Below are positions 1 to 12,027 of a stretch of DNA of 64,000 nt, piece after piece. The position numbers were made by a program, and so were the translations under genes. Location: positions 352,001-416,000 of the forward strand of contig CAWDVR010000003.1 in the NCBI GenBank assembly GCA_963805975.1, read 5' to 3'. The notes beneath the pieces are model-generated. The model saw only the letters and a list, made by a program, of their open reading frames with translations. It was not told the DNA's origin and ran no database searches. The stretch comes from an uncultured Acidobacteriota bacterium. Its GTDB lineage: Bacteria > Acidobacteriota > Thermoanaerobaculia > Multivoradales > SZUA-115. Positions within the stretch are counted from its first letter, which is position 1, and the number at the start of each line of letters is the position of its first letter.

Positions 1-364
1 CCGGCAGGCGGCGGAAGAGATCTCGCTCCTGCCCTTCGACCTCTTCTTCGTCCACCTCGGCCTGCTCTATGCCCTGGGGCTCTGGGCGCTCGCCCGGCGG
101 TTCGGGCCGGCGTGGCGCGAGCCGTCGGTGAGGGCGGGCTCGGCGTCGTCGTTCCTCCTTGGGCTGGGGCGGCTGCACGACCGCCTGCGCCACCATCCGG
201 CGGCGGCGAAGCTGCTGCTCGCGCGGGCGCGGGAGATCGATCCGGTCTTCGCCCAGGCGGCGGCCGGGCGGGCGGACCTGGACGAGGCCGCGGCCCGGGC
301 CGACTGCGCCGGGCTCGTGGAGCTGGCGCGGCGGGTTGCCGAGATGCGGGGTTGGAGGCGGTGA
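1..364 (+). CDS. C-terminal part of a membrane protein of the MoxR operon (DUF4350-like), truncated by the window edge
   Basis: Frame 2 is open from base 2: TM segment [17 protein letters not shown] followed by RRFGP; lies directly upstream of MoxR-DUF58. Confidence 0.65.
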   Translation, partial: RQAAEEISLLPFDLFFVHLGLLYALGLWALARRFGPAWREPSVRAGSASSFLLGLGRLHDRLRHHPAAAKLLLARAREIDPVFAQAAAGRADLDEAAARADCAGLVELARRVAEMRGWRR

Positions 365-392
365 ATACACTTGAGCTTCCTGGAGAGACATC

Positions 393-1349
<957 letters not shown>

Positions 1350-1361
1350 GAGCCTGAAGAG

Positions 1362-2687
1362 ATGCCCGCCGCGCGCCTCTTCCTCTTCCTCTCCCTCGCC
1401 ACCCTGCTGCTCGCTGCAGGGCTCGCCGAGCCCGCGCTCGCATGGCTGGCGCTGGGCGCCGATCTCCTGCTGCTCGCCGCCTTCGTGCTCGACCTGGCGC
1501 GCGCCCGCCGCGTGCGCCTCGCCGCGGAGCGGAGCTGGCCGCCGCTCCTCGTGCAGGGCACTGCGGCGGAGGTCCGGGTCACGGTGACGGCGCCGGGTGC
1601 GGTCTCGCGACGTGCGCCGGTCGTCGTCCGCCTGCGCGAGGGGCTCGACCCCGCCCTCGCCCCCACCCCGCTGCGCGGCGAGCTCGCGGTGCCGCATGGC
1701 GGCTCGGCGAGCTGGGCCTACCCCCTCGCGCCCCGGCGGCGCGGCGAGCCGGCGGTGGCGCCGCTCACCGCCCGCGTGCTCGGGCCGTGGAAGCTCGCCT
1801 GGTCGCAGCGCGATCTGCTGGCCGCCGAGCGGCGCCACGTCTACCCGCAGGTGCGCTGGGAGGGGCGGGTGGGGCAGCTCCTCACTCTGGCGCAGCGCCA
1901 CCAGCTCGGCAGCATGCCGCTCGCCGCGCTCGGCGCCGGGACCGAGCCCTACGCGCTCCGCGAGTACCGGGCCGGCGACCCGCTGGCCAAGATCCACTGG
2001 AAGGCCACGGCCCGCCACGGCCGCATGGTGACGCGGGAAGAGACCTGGGAGCGCGGCGCCCGGCTGGTCGTCCTGCTCGACGCGGCGCGCGCCATGACCT
2101 CGCGCCAGGGTGAGCGCAGCAAGCTCGACCACGCGCTGGCCGCGGCCCTGGCGCTGACCCGCGTCGCGGCCGGGCGCGGCGACCGCGTGACGCTGATCGC
2201 CTTCGCCGACCGGGTGGAGAGGGTGGTGCGCGTGGCGCCCGGCGCGCGCGGCGTGGCCGCGGCCTACCAGGCGCTCTACGACCTCGAGGCCCGCCTCGTC
2301 GAGCCGGCCTACGATCTCGCCGCCGCCGAGGCCCTGCGCCGGGAGACCCGCAGCGCCACCGTGGTGCTCTTCACCTCGGTGGTGGACCTCGCCGCGGCCG
2401 AGCTGCTGCGCGAGGCGCTCCTAGCCCTCGAGCGCCGCCACCGCCCGATGCTCGTCAACCTGGAGGACCCGGAGCTGGCGGCCCTGGCCAGGCGCGCCCC
2501 GAACGACGCCCCCGAGGCCTTTGCCCAGGTGGCCGCGCTCGAGATCGCGCTCGCCAACCGCAAGCTCGGCCGCACGCTCCGGCGGGCGGGAGTGCGGGTG
2601 GTCTCCACCGCGGCCGACCGGCTGGCCCTCGAAGCGCTCGAGGCCTATCTCGCGCTCTTTCGCACACGGCTGCGGCGCGCGGCGTAG
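1362..2687 (+). CDS. DUF58 / vWA-like MoxR partner protein
   Basis: [23 protein letters not shown]58 motif, N-terminal TM pair, follows moxR. Confidence 0.9.
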   Translation: MPAARLFLFLSLATLLLAAGLAEPALAWLALGADLLLLAAFVLDLARARRVRLAAERSWPPLLVQGTAAEVRVTVTAPGAVSRRAPVVVRLREGLDPALAPTPLRGELAVPHGGSASWAYPLAPRRRGEPAVAPLTARVLGPWKLAWSQRDLLAAERRHVYPQVRWEGRVGQLLTLAQRHQLGSMPLAALGAGTEPYALREYRAGDPLAKIHWKATARHGRMVTREETWERGARLVVLLDAARAMTSRQGERSKLDHALAAALALTRVAAGRGDRVTLIAFADRVERVVRVAPGARGVAAAYQALYDLEARLVEPAYDLAAAEALRRETRSATVVLFTSVVDLAAAELLREALLALERRHRPMLVNLEDPELAALARRAPNDAPEAFAQVAALEIALANRKLGRTLRRAGVRVVSTAADRLALEALEAYLALFRTRLRRAA

Positions 2688-2706
2688 AAAATCGGAGGAG
2701 ATCCCC

Positions 2707-3249
2707 ATGAGCGACCGACACGTCGCGCTGATCCGTGGCATCAACGTGGGCAAGGCGAAGCGGGTGGCGATGGCGGACCTGCGCGCGCTGGTTGAGAGCT
2801 TTGGCTACGGCCACGTCCAGACGCTGCTCAACAGCGGCAACATCCTCTTCACCGCCCCCGGCGTGGCACCGGGAGACGCCGCGGCGCGGATCGAGGAGGG
2901 GATGACCACGCGGCTGGGCGTCTCGGCGCGGGTCACCGTGCTCACCGCGGCGGAGGTTGCCGCCGCCGTCGCCGGGAACCCGTTGCGCGAGATCGCCACC
3001 GACCCGTCCCGCCTGCTGGTCGCCGTCCTCAACAAGCCGGAAGACCGAGCCCGGCTGGAGCCGCTGGAGAAGCAGGACTGGGCACCCGACGTCCTGGCTT
3101 TCGGCCCGCGCGTCGCCTATCTCTGGTGCGGAAGCGGGATCCTCGAGAGCCGCCTGATGGTGGCCTCCGGCAAGGCGCTCGGCGACGCCGCGACCACCCG
3201 CAACTGGGCGACTCTGCTCAAGCTTTCAAGACTGGTGACAGTTGACTGA
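2707..3249 (+). CDS. DUF1697 family protein
   Basis: VALIRGINVG...MADLR, VQTLLNSGN, C-terminal TTRNWAT; SD GGAGGAG before ATG 2707. Confidence 0.9.
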   Translation: MSDRHVALIRGINVGKAKRVAMADLRALVESFGYGHVQTLLNSGNILFTAPGVAPGDAAARIEEGMTTRLGVSARVTVLTAAEVAAAVAGNPLREIATDPSRLLVAVLNKPEDRARLEPLEKQDWAPDVLAFGPRVAYLWCGSGILESRLMVASGKALGDAATTRNWATLLKLSRLVTVD

Positions 3250-3325
3250 TTTCAACGGCTGCTCCAGAGCAGCGCCGCCGTTGGCACCGATGTGCCCATC
3301 GTCATAGTCTGAAGGCCAGGGAGGC

Positions 3326-3541
3326 GTGAGCATGCGCACATTCAACGTGCTCGTAGAGAGGGATCCTGAGACCGGCCTCTTTGTCGGCTCGGTTCCCGGC
3401 TGGCCCGGGGCGCATTCCCAAGGAGCGACGCTAGACGAGCTCGACGAGAACCTCCGGGAGGTCATCGCCATGCTCCTCGAGGACGGAAATCCCGAGCTGG
3501 AGTCCGAGTTCGTGGGTCTCCAGACCATCCGGGTCGCGTAG
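3326..3541 (+). CDS. hicB: Type II TA antitoxin, HicB family (short form)
   Basis: [38 protein letters not shown]. Confidence 0.9.
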   Translation: MSMRTFNVLVERDPETGLFVGSVPGWPGAHSQGATLDELDENLREVIAMLLEDGNPELESEFVGLQTIRVA

Positions 3542-3543
3542 CG

Positions 3544-3768
3544 GTGGGTTCGTCGCCGGTCCTGAAGCCTCGTGAAGTGGCAGCCCTGCTGCTACGTCTC
3601 GGCTTTCAGGAGGTCCGGCAACGCGGTTCTCATCGGCAGTATCGACACCCGGATGGCCGAGGAACTACAGTGCCGTTTCACGCAGCTCACGACATCTCTC
3701 CCACATTGCTGCGGAAGATTGCTCGGGACATCGGCCTGACCGTGGACGAGCTGCTGCAGCGTTCCTGA
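3544..3768 (+). CDS. hicA: Type II TA toxin, HicA family mRNA interferase
   Basis: [27 protein letters not shown] with the GSH catalytic His. Confidence 0.92.
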   Translation: MGSSPVLKPREVAALLLRLGFQEVRQRGSHRQYRHPDGRGTTVPFHAAHDISPTLLRKIARDIGLTVDELLQRS

Positions 3769-3789
3769 CTGCCCCGGCCCGGTCTACCG

Positions 3790-4239
3790 CTACAGCGGCG
3801 CTTCCGCCGGGGGCTCCACCAGCAGGTTGATCTCCTCCCGGCGGTCGTCCGCCCTGAAGAGCAGGGTCTCGAGCTCCCAGGGGCCGCCGCCGTGGCGCTC
3901 GGCCGCGACCTCGAGCCGGCCGGAGCCCTTGGGGCCGGTGAGCGGCAGGATCATCCGCGCCTCGCCCTCCGAGTTCTGGACGTTGATCGAGCTGTTGCGC
4001 GGAAAGCCGGACTCGATCGGCTCGCCCAGCATCTCGACCACCGCCGGGCTGGCCTGGGCCCGTGCCAGGGCCTGGTCCTTGATCTCCGTGAACCCCGCCG
4101 AGCGGAAGGCCCAGAAAGCGCCGCCGCCGAGGACGGCCACGAAGAGGAGGGGAAGGAGCACGCAGCCCAGCAGGCAGCCGCCGACGCCCCAGGTCCAGGG
4201 GTTCTTCCAGAAGCTTCGCTCGCCGTCTTGACGTGCCAT
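3790..4239 (-). CDS. Coa1-like (cytochrome oxidase assembly factor 1 family) membrane protein
   Basis: Single TM, then ALARAQASPAVVEMLGEPIE...IL PLTGPKGSGRL pattern; SD GAGGAG before ATG 4239. Confidence 0.7.
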   Translation of the reverse strand: MARQDGERSFWKNPWTWGVGGCLLGCVLLPLLFVAVLGGGAFWAFRSAGFTEIKDQALARAQASPAVVEMLGEPIESGFPRNSSINVQNSEGEARMILPLTGPKGSGRLEVAAERHGGGPWELETLLFRADDRREEINLLVEPPAEAPL

Positions 4240-4334
4240 GTCTTGCTCCTCGTGCCGGGAACGAAGCTTATCGCCTCGCGCGCCGGCGTAGGAGAAGAGT
4301 GTTATCGTGCAGTAGCTACCGGCACAAGTTCGCC

Positions 4335-5717
4335 ATGATCGAATCAAAAGAGGAGCTACTGCTCGCTCGGCTGGCGCTGCACATGAAGCTCCTGACCCAG
4401 GAGCAGATAGGCACCATCTTGCGGCAGCGCCAGGAGCAGGCGGCCGGACCCAGGCAGGGTCTGGGCTCGTTCCTGCTCGGCCAGGGTTGGCTCACGCCGG
4501 CATCCTTCGGCGCGTTGCGCCTGGCGTACGAGAAGCACGCCTACAAGCGCGACCAGGACGCTCCTGCCGCGGGGCCAAAGCCCGCCGAGGCGAAGCCCGC
4601 GGCACCGGTGCCGGCCACCCCGGAGCCGGCGGCGCCGAGGCCCGTGGCCCTGGCCTATCGCCCGGGGGCGAGCGCGCTCGAGGACCTGCTCCGCCAGACG
4701 CTCGAGGCGGGAGCGAGCGACCTCCACGTCCATCCCGGCGCCCCGCTGAAGATCCGCCTCGACGGCCGCCTGCTCGACGCAACGCCGGCGCCGCTCGACG
4801 CGGCGGAGAGCGAGCGGCTGATCCTGCCGGTGCTCGACGCCGCGGCGCGGGAGAGGCTGGCGCGGGACCTCCAGCTCGACTTCGTCCACCCCCTCCCCGG
4901 AGTCGGGCGCTTTCGGGCGAGCGCCTATCGCACCCAGCGCGGCCTGGACGGCGTCTTTCGCGCCATCCCGATCCGGGTGCCGACGCTGGGCGAGCTCGGT
5001 CTGCCGGAAGGGCTCGCGGCGCTGTCGCGCTTCCACCAGGGCCTGGTGCTGATCACCGGCCCGGCCGGCTGCGGCAAGTCCTCGACCCTGGCGGCCCTGG
5101 TGCAACAGGTCGCCGGGGAGCGGCCCGACCACGTCATCACGTTCGAGGAGCCGATCGAGTACCTGCTCACCGGCAGCCGCGGCGCCGTCAACCAGCGCGG
5201 GGTGGGCGCCCATACCGCCTCCTTCGCCCGCGCCCTCCGCGCCGCCCTGCGCGAGGACCCGGACGTGATCGTGATCGGCGAGCTGCGCGATCTCGAGACC
5301 ATCCAGCTCGCGCTCACCGCCGCCGAGACCGGCCACCTGGTCTTCGGCACGCTCCACACCGGGAGCGCGCTGCGCACCATCCACCGGCTGCTGGGCGTGT
5401 TCCCTCCCCAGCAGCAGACGCAGATCCGCACCATGCTTTCGGAGTCCCTGCGCGCCGTGGTCTCGCAGAAGCTGGTGCCGAGGGCCGACGGCCGGGGGCG
5501 GGTGCCGGTGGTGGAGCTGCTGTTCAACACCCGGGCGGTCGCCAACCTGATCCGCGAGAACAAGGTCTTCCAGATCCACTCCCTGATGCAGACCGGCGCC
5601 GCGCACGGCATGGTGCTCGCCGACAACGCACTGCTGGAGCACGTGAAGGCGGGGCGGATCACGCGCGAAGAAGCGCTGCGCCAGGCCGAAGACCCGCGCA
5701 AGCTCGCCGCGGTCTGA
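4335..5717 (+). CDS. pilT: Type IV pilus retraction ATPase PilT with N-terminal extension
   Basis: ASDLHV, GPAGCGKSST, REDPDVIVIGELRD, GHLVFGTLHT, AVANLIRE. Confidence 0.9.
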   Translation: MIESKEELLLARLALHMKLLTQEQIGTILRQRQEQAAGPRQGLGSFLLGQGWLTPASFGALRLAYEKHAYKRDQDAPAAGPKPAEAKPAAPVPATPEPAAPRPVALAYRPGASALEDLLRQTLEAGASDLHVHPGAPLKIRLDGRLLDATPAPLDAAESERLILPVLDAAARERLARDLQLDFVHPLPGVGRFRASAYRTQRGLDGVFRAIPIRVPTLGELGLPEGLAALSRFHQGLVLITGPAGCGKSSTLAALVQQVAGERPDHVITFEEPIEYLLTGSRGAVNQRGVGAHTASFARALRAALREDPDVIVIGELRDLETIQLALTAAETGHLVFGTLHTGSALRTIHRLLGVFPPQQQTQIRTMLSESLRAVVSQKLVPRADGRGRVPVVELLFNTRAVANLIRENKVFQIHSLMQTGAAHGMVLADNALLEHVKAGRITREEALRQAEDPRKLAAV

Positions 5718-5730
5718 CGGAGAGGCGGGC

Positions 5731-6831
5731 ATGGCGGAGATCGATGCGCTCTTCCGGCACCTGAAGGCCCACCAGGGCTCGGACCTGCACCTCGCGGCCG
5801 GCAGCCCGCCGCGCATCCGCCGGCGGGGCGAGCTCGAGCCGGTCGCGGGCTGGCCGCGGCTCGAGGTCGCCCAGCTCGATCGCCTGCTGGCGGAGATCGC
5901 CTCGCCCGAGGACTACGGCGAGTATCGCGACAGCGGCGATCTCGACTTCGCCTACGCACTCTCCGGTGTGGGCCGCTTCCGCGCCAACTATCTGCGCCAG
6001 GAGCACGGGCCGGCGGCGGTCTTCCGCCTCATCCCGGAGCGCGTGCGCACGGCCGAGGAGCTGGCCCTGCCTCCCGCCATCGAGAGCCTCGCCCACCAGA
6101 AGAGCGGCCTGGTGCTGGTCACCGGGCCTACCGGCTCGGGCAAGTCGACGACGCTCGCCGCGATCATCGACCGCATCAACACGCTCTACGAGCGGCACGT
6201 GCTGACCATCGAGGACCCGATCGAGTTCGTGCACGCGAACCGGCGCTCCGTGCTCTCGCAGCGCGAGGTCGGCAAGGACGTGCCGAGCTTCGCCGCGGCG
6301 CTGCGCGCCGCCGTGCGCCAGGATGCCGACGTGATCCTGGTGGGCGAGCTGCGCGACCTCGAGACCATCGCCCTCGCCATCGCCGCCGCCGAGATGGGCA
6401 CCCTGGTCTTCGGCACGCTGCACACCAACAGCGCGGCCAAGACCATCGACCGGCTGATCGACGTTTTCCCGCCCGACGAGCAGCCGCAGATCCGCTCGAC
6501 GCTCGCCGAGTCGATCGCCGGCATCGTGGCGCAGCAGCTCCTGCCGACCGCGGACGGCCAGGGCCGGGCGGCGGCCTTCGAGATCCTGCTCAAGACGCCG
6601 GGGCTGCCCAACCTCGTCCGCGAGGGCAACACCCCGATGCTGATCTCGGTGATCCAGGGCGGCAGCGCCCAGGGCATGCGCCTGATGGACGACTCGCTCC
6701 TCGAGCTGGTGAAGAGCGGCCGGGTGTCGCCGGCCGAGGCCGCCCGCCGCGCCGCCGACCGGGCGACCTTCGAGCGGCAGCTCGCCCTGCACCAGGCGGG
6801 GGCCGGCGGGAGAGCACCGGGAAGCGAATAG
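5731..6831 (+). CDS. pilT: Second PilT/PilU family ATPase
   Basis: GSDLHL, GPTGSGKSTT, TIEDPIEF, VGELRD, GTLHTN. Confidence 0.9.
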   Translation: MAEIDALFRHLKAHQGSDLHLAAGSPPRIRRRGELEPVAGWPRLEVAQLDRLLAEIASPEDYGEYRDSGDLDFAYALSGVGRFRANYLRQEHGPAAVFRLIPERVRTAEELALPPAIESLAHQKSGLVLVTGPTGSGKSTTLAAIIDRINTLYERHVLTIEDPIEFVHANRRSVLSQREVGKDVPSFAAALRAAVRQDADVILVGELRDLETIALAIAAAEMGTLVFGTLHTNSAAKTIDRLIDVFPPDEQPQIRSTLAESIAGIVAQQLLPTADGQGRAAAFEILLKTPGLPNLVREGNTPMLISVIQGGSAQGMRLMDDSLLELVKSGRVSPAEAARRAADRATFERQLALHQAGAGGRAPGSE

Positions 6832-6859
6832 CCGAGGGCCGCTGCTACAATCCGATGTC

Positions 6860-8869
<2,010 letters not shown>

Positions 8870-8872
8870 CTT

Positions 8873-8881
8873 TGCTATCCT
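8873..8881 (+). promoter_or_regulatory. Extended -10 element (TGCTATCCT) 7 nt before the ATG; probable leaderless TA transcript
   Basis: TGnTAnnnT match, and no SD before ATG 8889. Confidence 0.5.
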
Positions 8882-8888
8882 TTCTCCC

Positions 8889-9116
8889 ATGAGCCTCGCA
8901 GACAAGATCACGGCCGAGCTCGCGGCGCTCCCCGAGGCAAAACAGGCCGAGGTGCTGGACTTCATCGAGTTCCTGGCTGCCAGGCAGGCAAGCTCGGCCG
9001 GAGGTCGAGAGGCGGACGGGGAGTGGATGGAGGCGTCGCTCGCGCAAGCGCTCCGGGGTATGGAGAACGAGCCGGATACCTACTCCGTGGCGGACCTCAA
9101 GGAACGGTTTTCTTGA
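8889..9116 (+). CDS. DUF2281-type putative antitoxin
   Basis: LPEAKQAEVLDFIEFL, acidic tail YSVADLKERF; overlaps the toxin start. Confidence 0.8.
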   Translation: MSLADKITAELAALPEAKQAEVLDFIEFLAARQASSAGGREADGEWMEASLAQALRGMENEPDTYSVADLKERFS

Positions 9117-9484
9117 TCCGAGAGGGGCAGGTCGTCCTCTTTCGCTTTCCTTTCACAGACCACCGCAGCGGCAAGCTGCGCCCGGCTCTCGTCCTCCGCC
9201 GGTTGCCCGGTCGCCACGACGACTGGCTGCTCTGCATGATCTCCTCGCAACTGGATCAGGCAGTACCGGGCCTCGATGAAGTGATCCAAGAGTCGGAAGC
9301 TGACTTCGCTCGATCAGGGCTGAAGCAGCCCAGCCTGCTCCGAGTCTGCCGGCTGGCCGTCGCCGAGTCTTCCCTCTTGATCGGGGCCCTGGGAGAGATC
9401 GAGCCTGAACGGCTGACCGGTTTGCGGCGGCGGCTGGCGGAGTGGCTGCGTGCCGCGTCGCCGAGTGAAAAGCTGCCCGTCTGA
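9113..9484 (+). CDS. PemK/MazF family toxin
   Basis: GQVVLFRFPFTD...KLRPALVL...MISSQ...GLKQPS; TTG start overlaps the antitoxin stop. Confidence 0.88.
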   Translation: MIREGQVVLFRFPFTDHRSGKLRPALVLRRLPGRHDDWLLCMISSQLDQAVPGLDEVIQESEADFARSGLKQPSLLRVCRLAVAESSLLIGALGEIEPERLTGLRRRLAEWLRAASPSEKLPV

Positions 9485-9633
9485 GAACGCCGCTCGGCGG
9501 ATCATCCTCCTCCCGCATCCGGCGCAGCTCGCCCGCGTCATGAAACCCTCGAGCGTGCCGAAGCGCTCAGCCAGCCATTGCAGGCGGCGGCCCGGTCGTG
9601 GTCGTTGTCTTGCTCCAGAGATCGTCCTGGCCT

Positions 9634-9661
9634 GGAAACTCGCATGCCCAGGGTTCGTATC
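9634..9661 (+). promoter_or_regulatory. Putative ECF-sigma promoter GGAAAC-N16-CGTATC
   Basis: AAC/CGT architecture 45 nt upstream of the permease ATG. Confidence 0.45.
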
Positions 9662-9705
9662 TCCCTGCCAGGATCTCCCACCGAGCTTCGACCCAGGGAG
9701 GCTCC

Positions 9706-12027
9706 ATGCTCGCCGATCTCGTCCAGGACTGCCGCCTCGGCTTGCGCCAGCTCGCGCGGAGCCCCGGCTTCACCGTCGCCGCCGTGCTCTGCCTGGCGCT
9801 GGGCATCGGCGCCAACACCGCCGTGTTCAGCGTCGCCGAGCTCTTTCTCTTCCGTTCGCTGCCGGTGGAACGCCCCGGGGAGCTGGTGCGCTGGTACAGC
9901 TCTTTTTCGGGAGGGGTCCGATACGGCGCCGTCTCGTACCCGGATTTCGTGGACATCCGGGACCACAACAAGGTGTTCAGCGGCCTCGCCGCCTCGTCCA
10001 TGACCCCGCTTCACCTCTCCGCCGACGGCCGCAACGAGCGGCTGTGGGGGGAGCTGGCATCGGCCCACTACTTCTCGGTGCTCAGCGCCGAGGTGGCCCT
10101 CGGCCGCGGCTTCCTGCCGCAAGAGGGATCCGAGCGCGGCGCCCATCCGGTGGTGGTCTTGAGCCACGGCCTGTGGCGCAGCCGGTTCGGGAGCGATCCC
10201 GCGGTCGTCGGCCGCCCGATCACCTTGAACGGCCACCCGTTCACCGTCGTCGGCGTGGCGGCCGAGACTTTCCACGGCGGAACCGTCAGCCTCAAGACAG
10301 CCCTGTGGTTGCCGATCGGCATGCAGGAGACCGTCACCCCCGGCGGCCCCCGGCTCGAGCACCGCGGCAGCCACTGGCTGCGGCCGGTGATCGGCCGGCT
10401 GCGGCCCGGGGTCACGATCGGCGAGGCGGAGTCGGCGCTCAACACGCTGATGGCGGGGTTGGCCCAGGCCTACCCGAGCTCCAACACCGGCAAGTCGGTG
10501 GTCCTGGTGCCGGAGGCGAAGTCGGCGCTCGATCCCATGGTGCGCGGCAGGTTCGCCGGCTTCCTGGGGCTGATGTTCGGGGTGGTCGGGATCGTGCTGC
10601 TCCTTGCCTGCTCGAACGTGGCGAGCCTGGTCCTCGCCCGGGGAGCGGCGCGCCGGCGCGAGGTCGCCCTACGCCTGGCGCTGGGGGCGGGCCGCGGCCG
10701 GCTGGTGCGCCAGTTGGTCGCGGAGAGCGCGGTGCTGGCCTTTCTTGCCGGCGGCGCCGGCCTGCTCGCCGCTCTCGGGCTGACCCGCTTCCTCGCTTCC
10801 CTGCCGCTGCCGCTCGACTACCCCATCCGCGTCGAGGTCACCCCCAACCCGAAGGTCCTGGCCTTCACGCTGGGCCTTTCGATCCTCGCCTGCCTGCTCT
10901 TCGGCCTGGTGCCGGCGCTCCGGACCTCACGGCCGGAGCTGGCGCCCGGGATCAAGGAGGGCGCCATGGGCCGTGGCGGCACCCGCCTCAGCCGTCTCCT
11001 GGTGGCGGGCCAGGTGGCGCTGTCGATGATCCTGCTGGTGGGATCGGCCCTGGTGCTCGAGAGCCTCGCCAACGCCCGGCGGCTGGAGCTGGGCTTCGAT
11101 CCCGAGCGGCAGCTCCTCGCGAGCCTCGACCTCGGCCTGCAGGGCTACGACGAGGTGCAGGGCCGGGAGCTCTTCCGCGTTCTCGAGGAACGGGTGCGGG
11201 CACTGCCGGGAGTGACGGCCACCGGCTGGGCGCAGATCGTCCCGCTGTCGTTCGGGGTGGCGCAGACCCTCGCTGCACCGGAGGGGTACCAGGCGCCGGC
11301 CGGGGGCACCGAGCCCTATATCGACTACAACCGCGTGGGCCCCGGCTACTTCGAGAGCCTGGGGCTGCCGCTCCTGGCCGGGCGGGGCTTCGAGCCGGCA
11401 GACGGCGCCGAAGGCCAGCGCGCCATCGTGGTCAACCGCGCCTTCGCGGACACGTACTGGCCCGGCCAGAGCGCGCTCGGCAAGCGGGTCGACACCTTCG
11501 GCGGCGAGCACCTGGTGGTGGGGATGGCCGCCACCGGCAAGTACTGGAGGCTGGGGGAATCGCCGCGGCCCTACATGTATCTGCCGATCGACCGCTACTA
11601 CGAGGCCAGCCGCACCCTCCACGTGCGGACGGCGGGCGACCCCGGGCCGCTCGCCGAGGCCGTGAGGCGCGAGATCCGGGCGCTCGACGCCCAGCTCCCG
11701 ATTCGCGACCTCAAACTGATGACCTCTCAGCTCGGTTCCGCGCTCCTGCCGGCCCGCCTGGCGGCGGTCGCGGTCAGCGCCTTCTCGTTCCTGGCGCTGC
11801 TCCTGGCCGCGGTCGGCCTCTACGCGGTGATCGCCTTCTGGGTCGCGCAGCGGGTGCCGGAGATCGGTCTGCGCCTGGCGCTCGGCGCCCGCGCCGCGGA
11901 CATCCGGAACCTCGTGCTGCGGCAGGGGCTGGGCCTCACGGCGTTCGGCCTCGGGGTGGGCCTCGCCGGCGGCTGCTCAGGACCGAGACCCCGGCAGCCA
12001 CTTTGGCTGCCGGGGCTGGCTGGCTAG
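9706..12027 (+). pseudogene. ADOP-type duplicated MacB/FtsX ABC permease, 3'-truncated
   Basis: QDCRLGLRQLARSPGFT...LALGIGANTAVFS, two FtsX domains; homology stops at ~11973, missing the last TM and DPxxAL tail present in the paralogue at 33169-35613. Confidence 0.75.
11989..12015 (-). terminator. 12-bp GC hairpin after the protease gene
   Basis: CCCCGGCAGCCA-CTT-TGGCTGCCGGGG perfect inverted repeat 8 nt beyond the stop at 12024; no U-tract. Confidence 0.55.
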
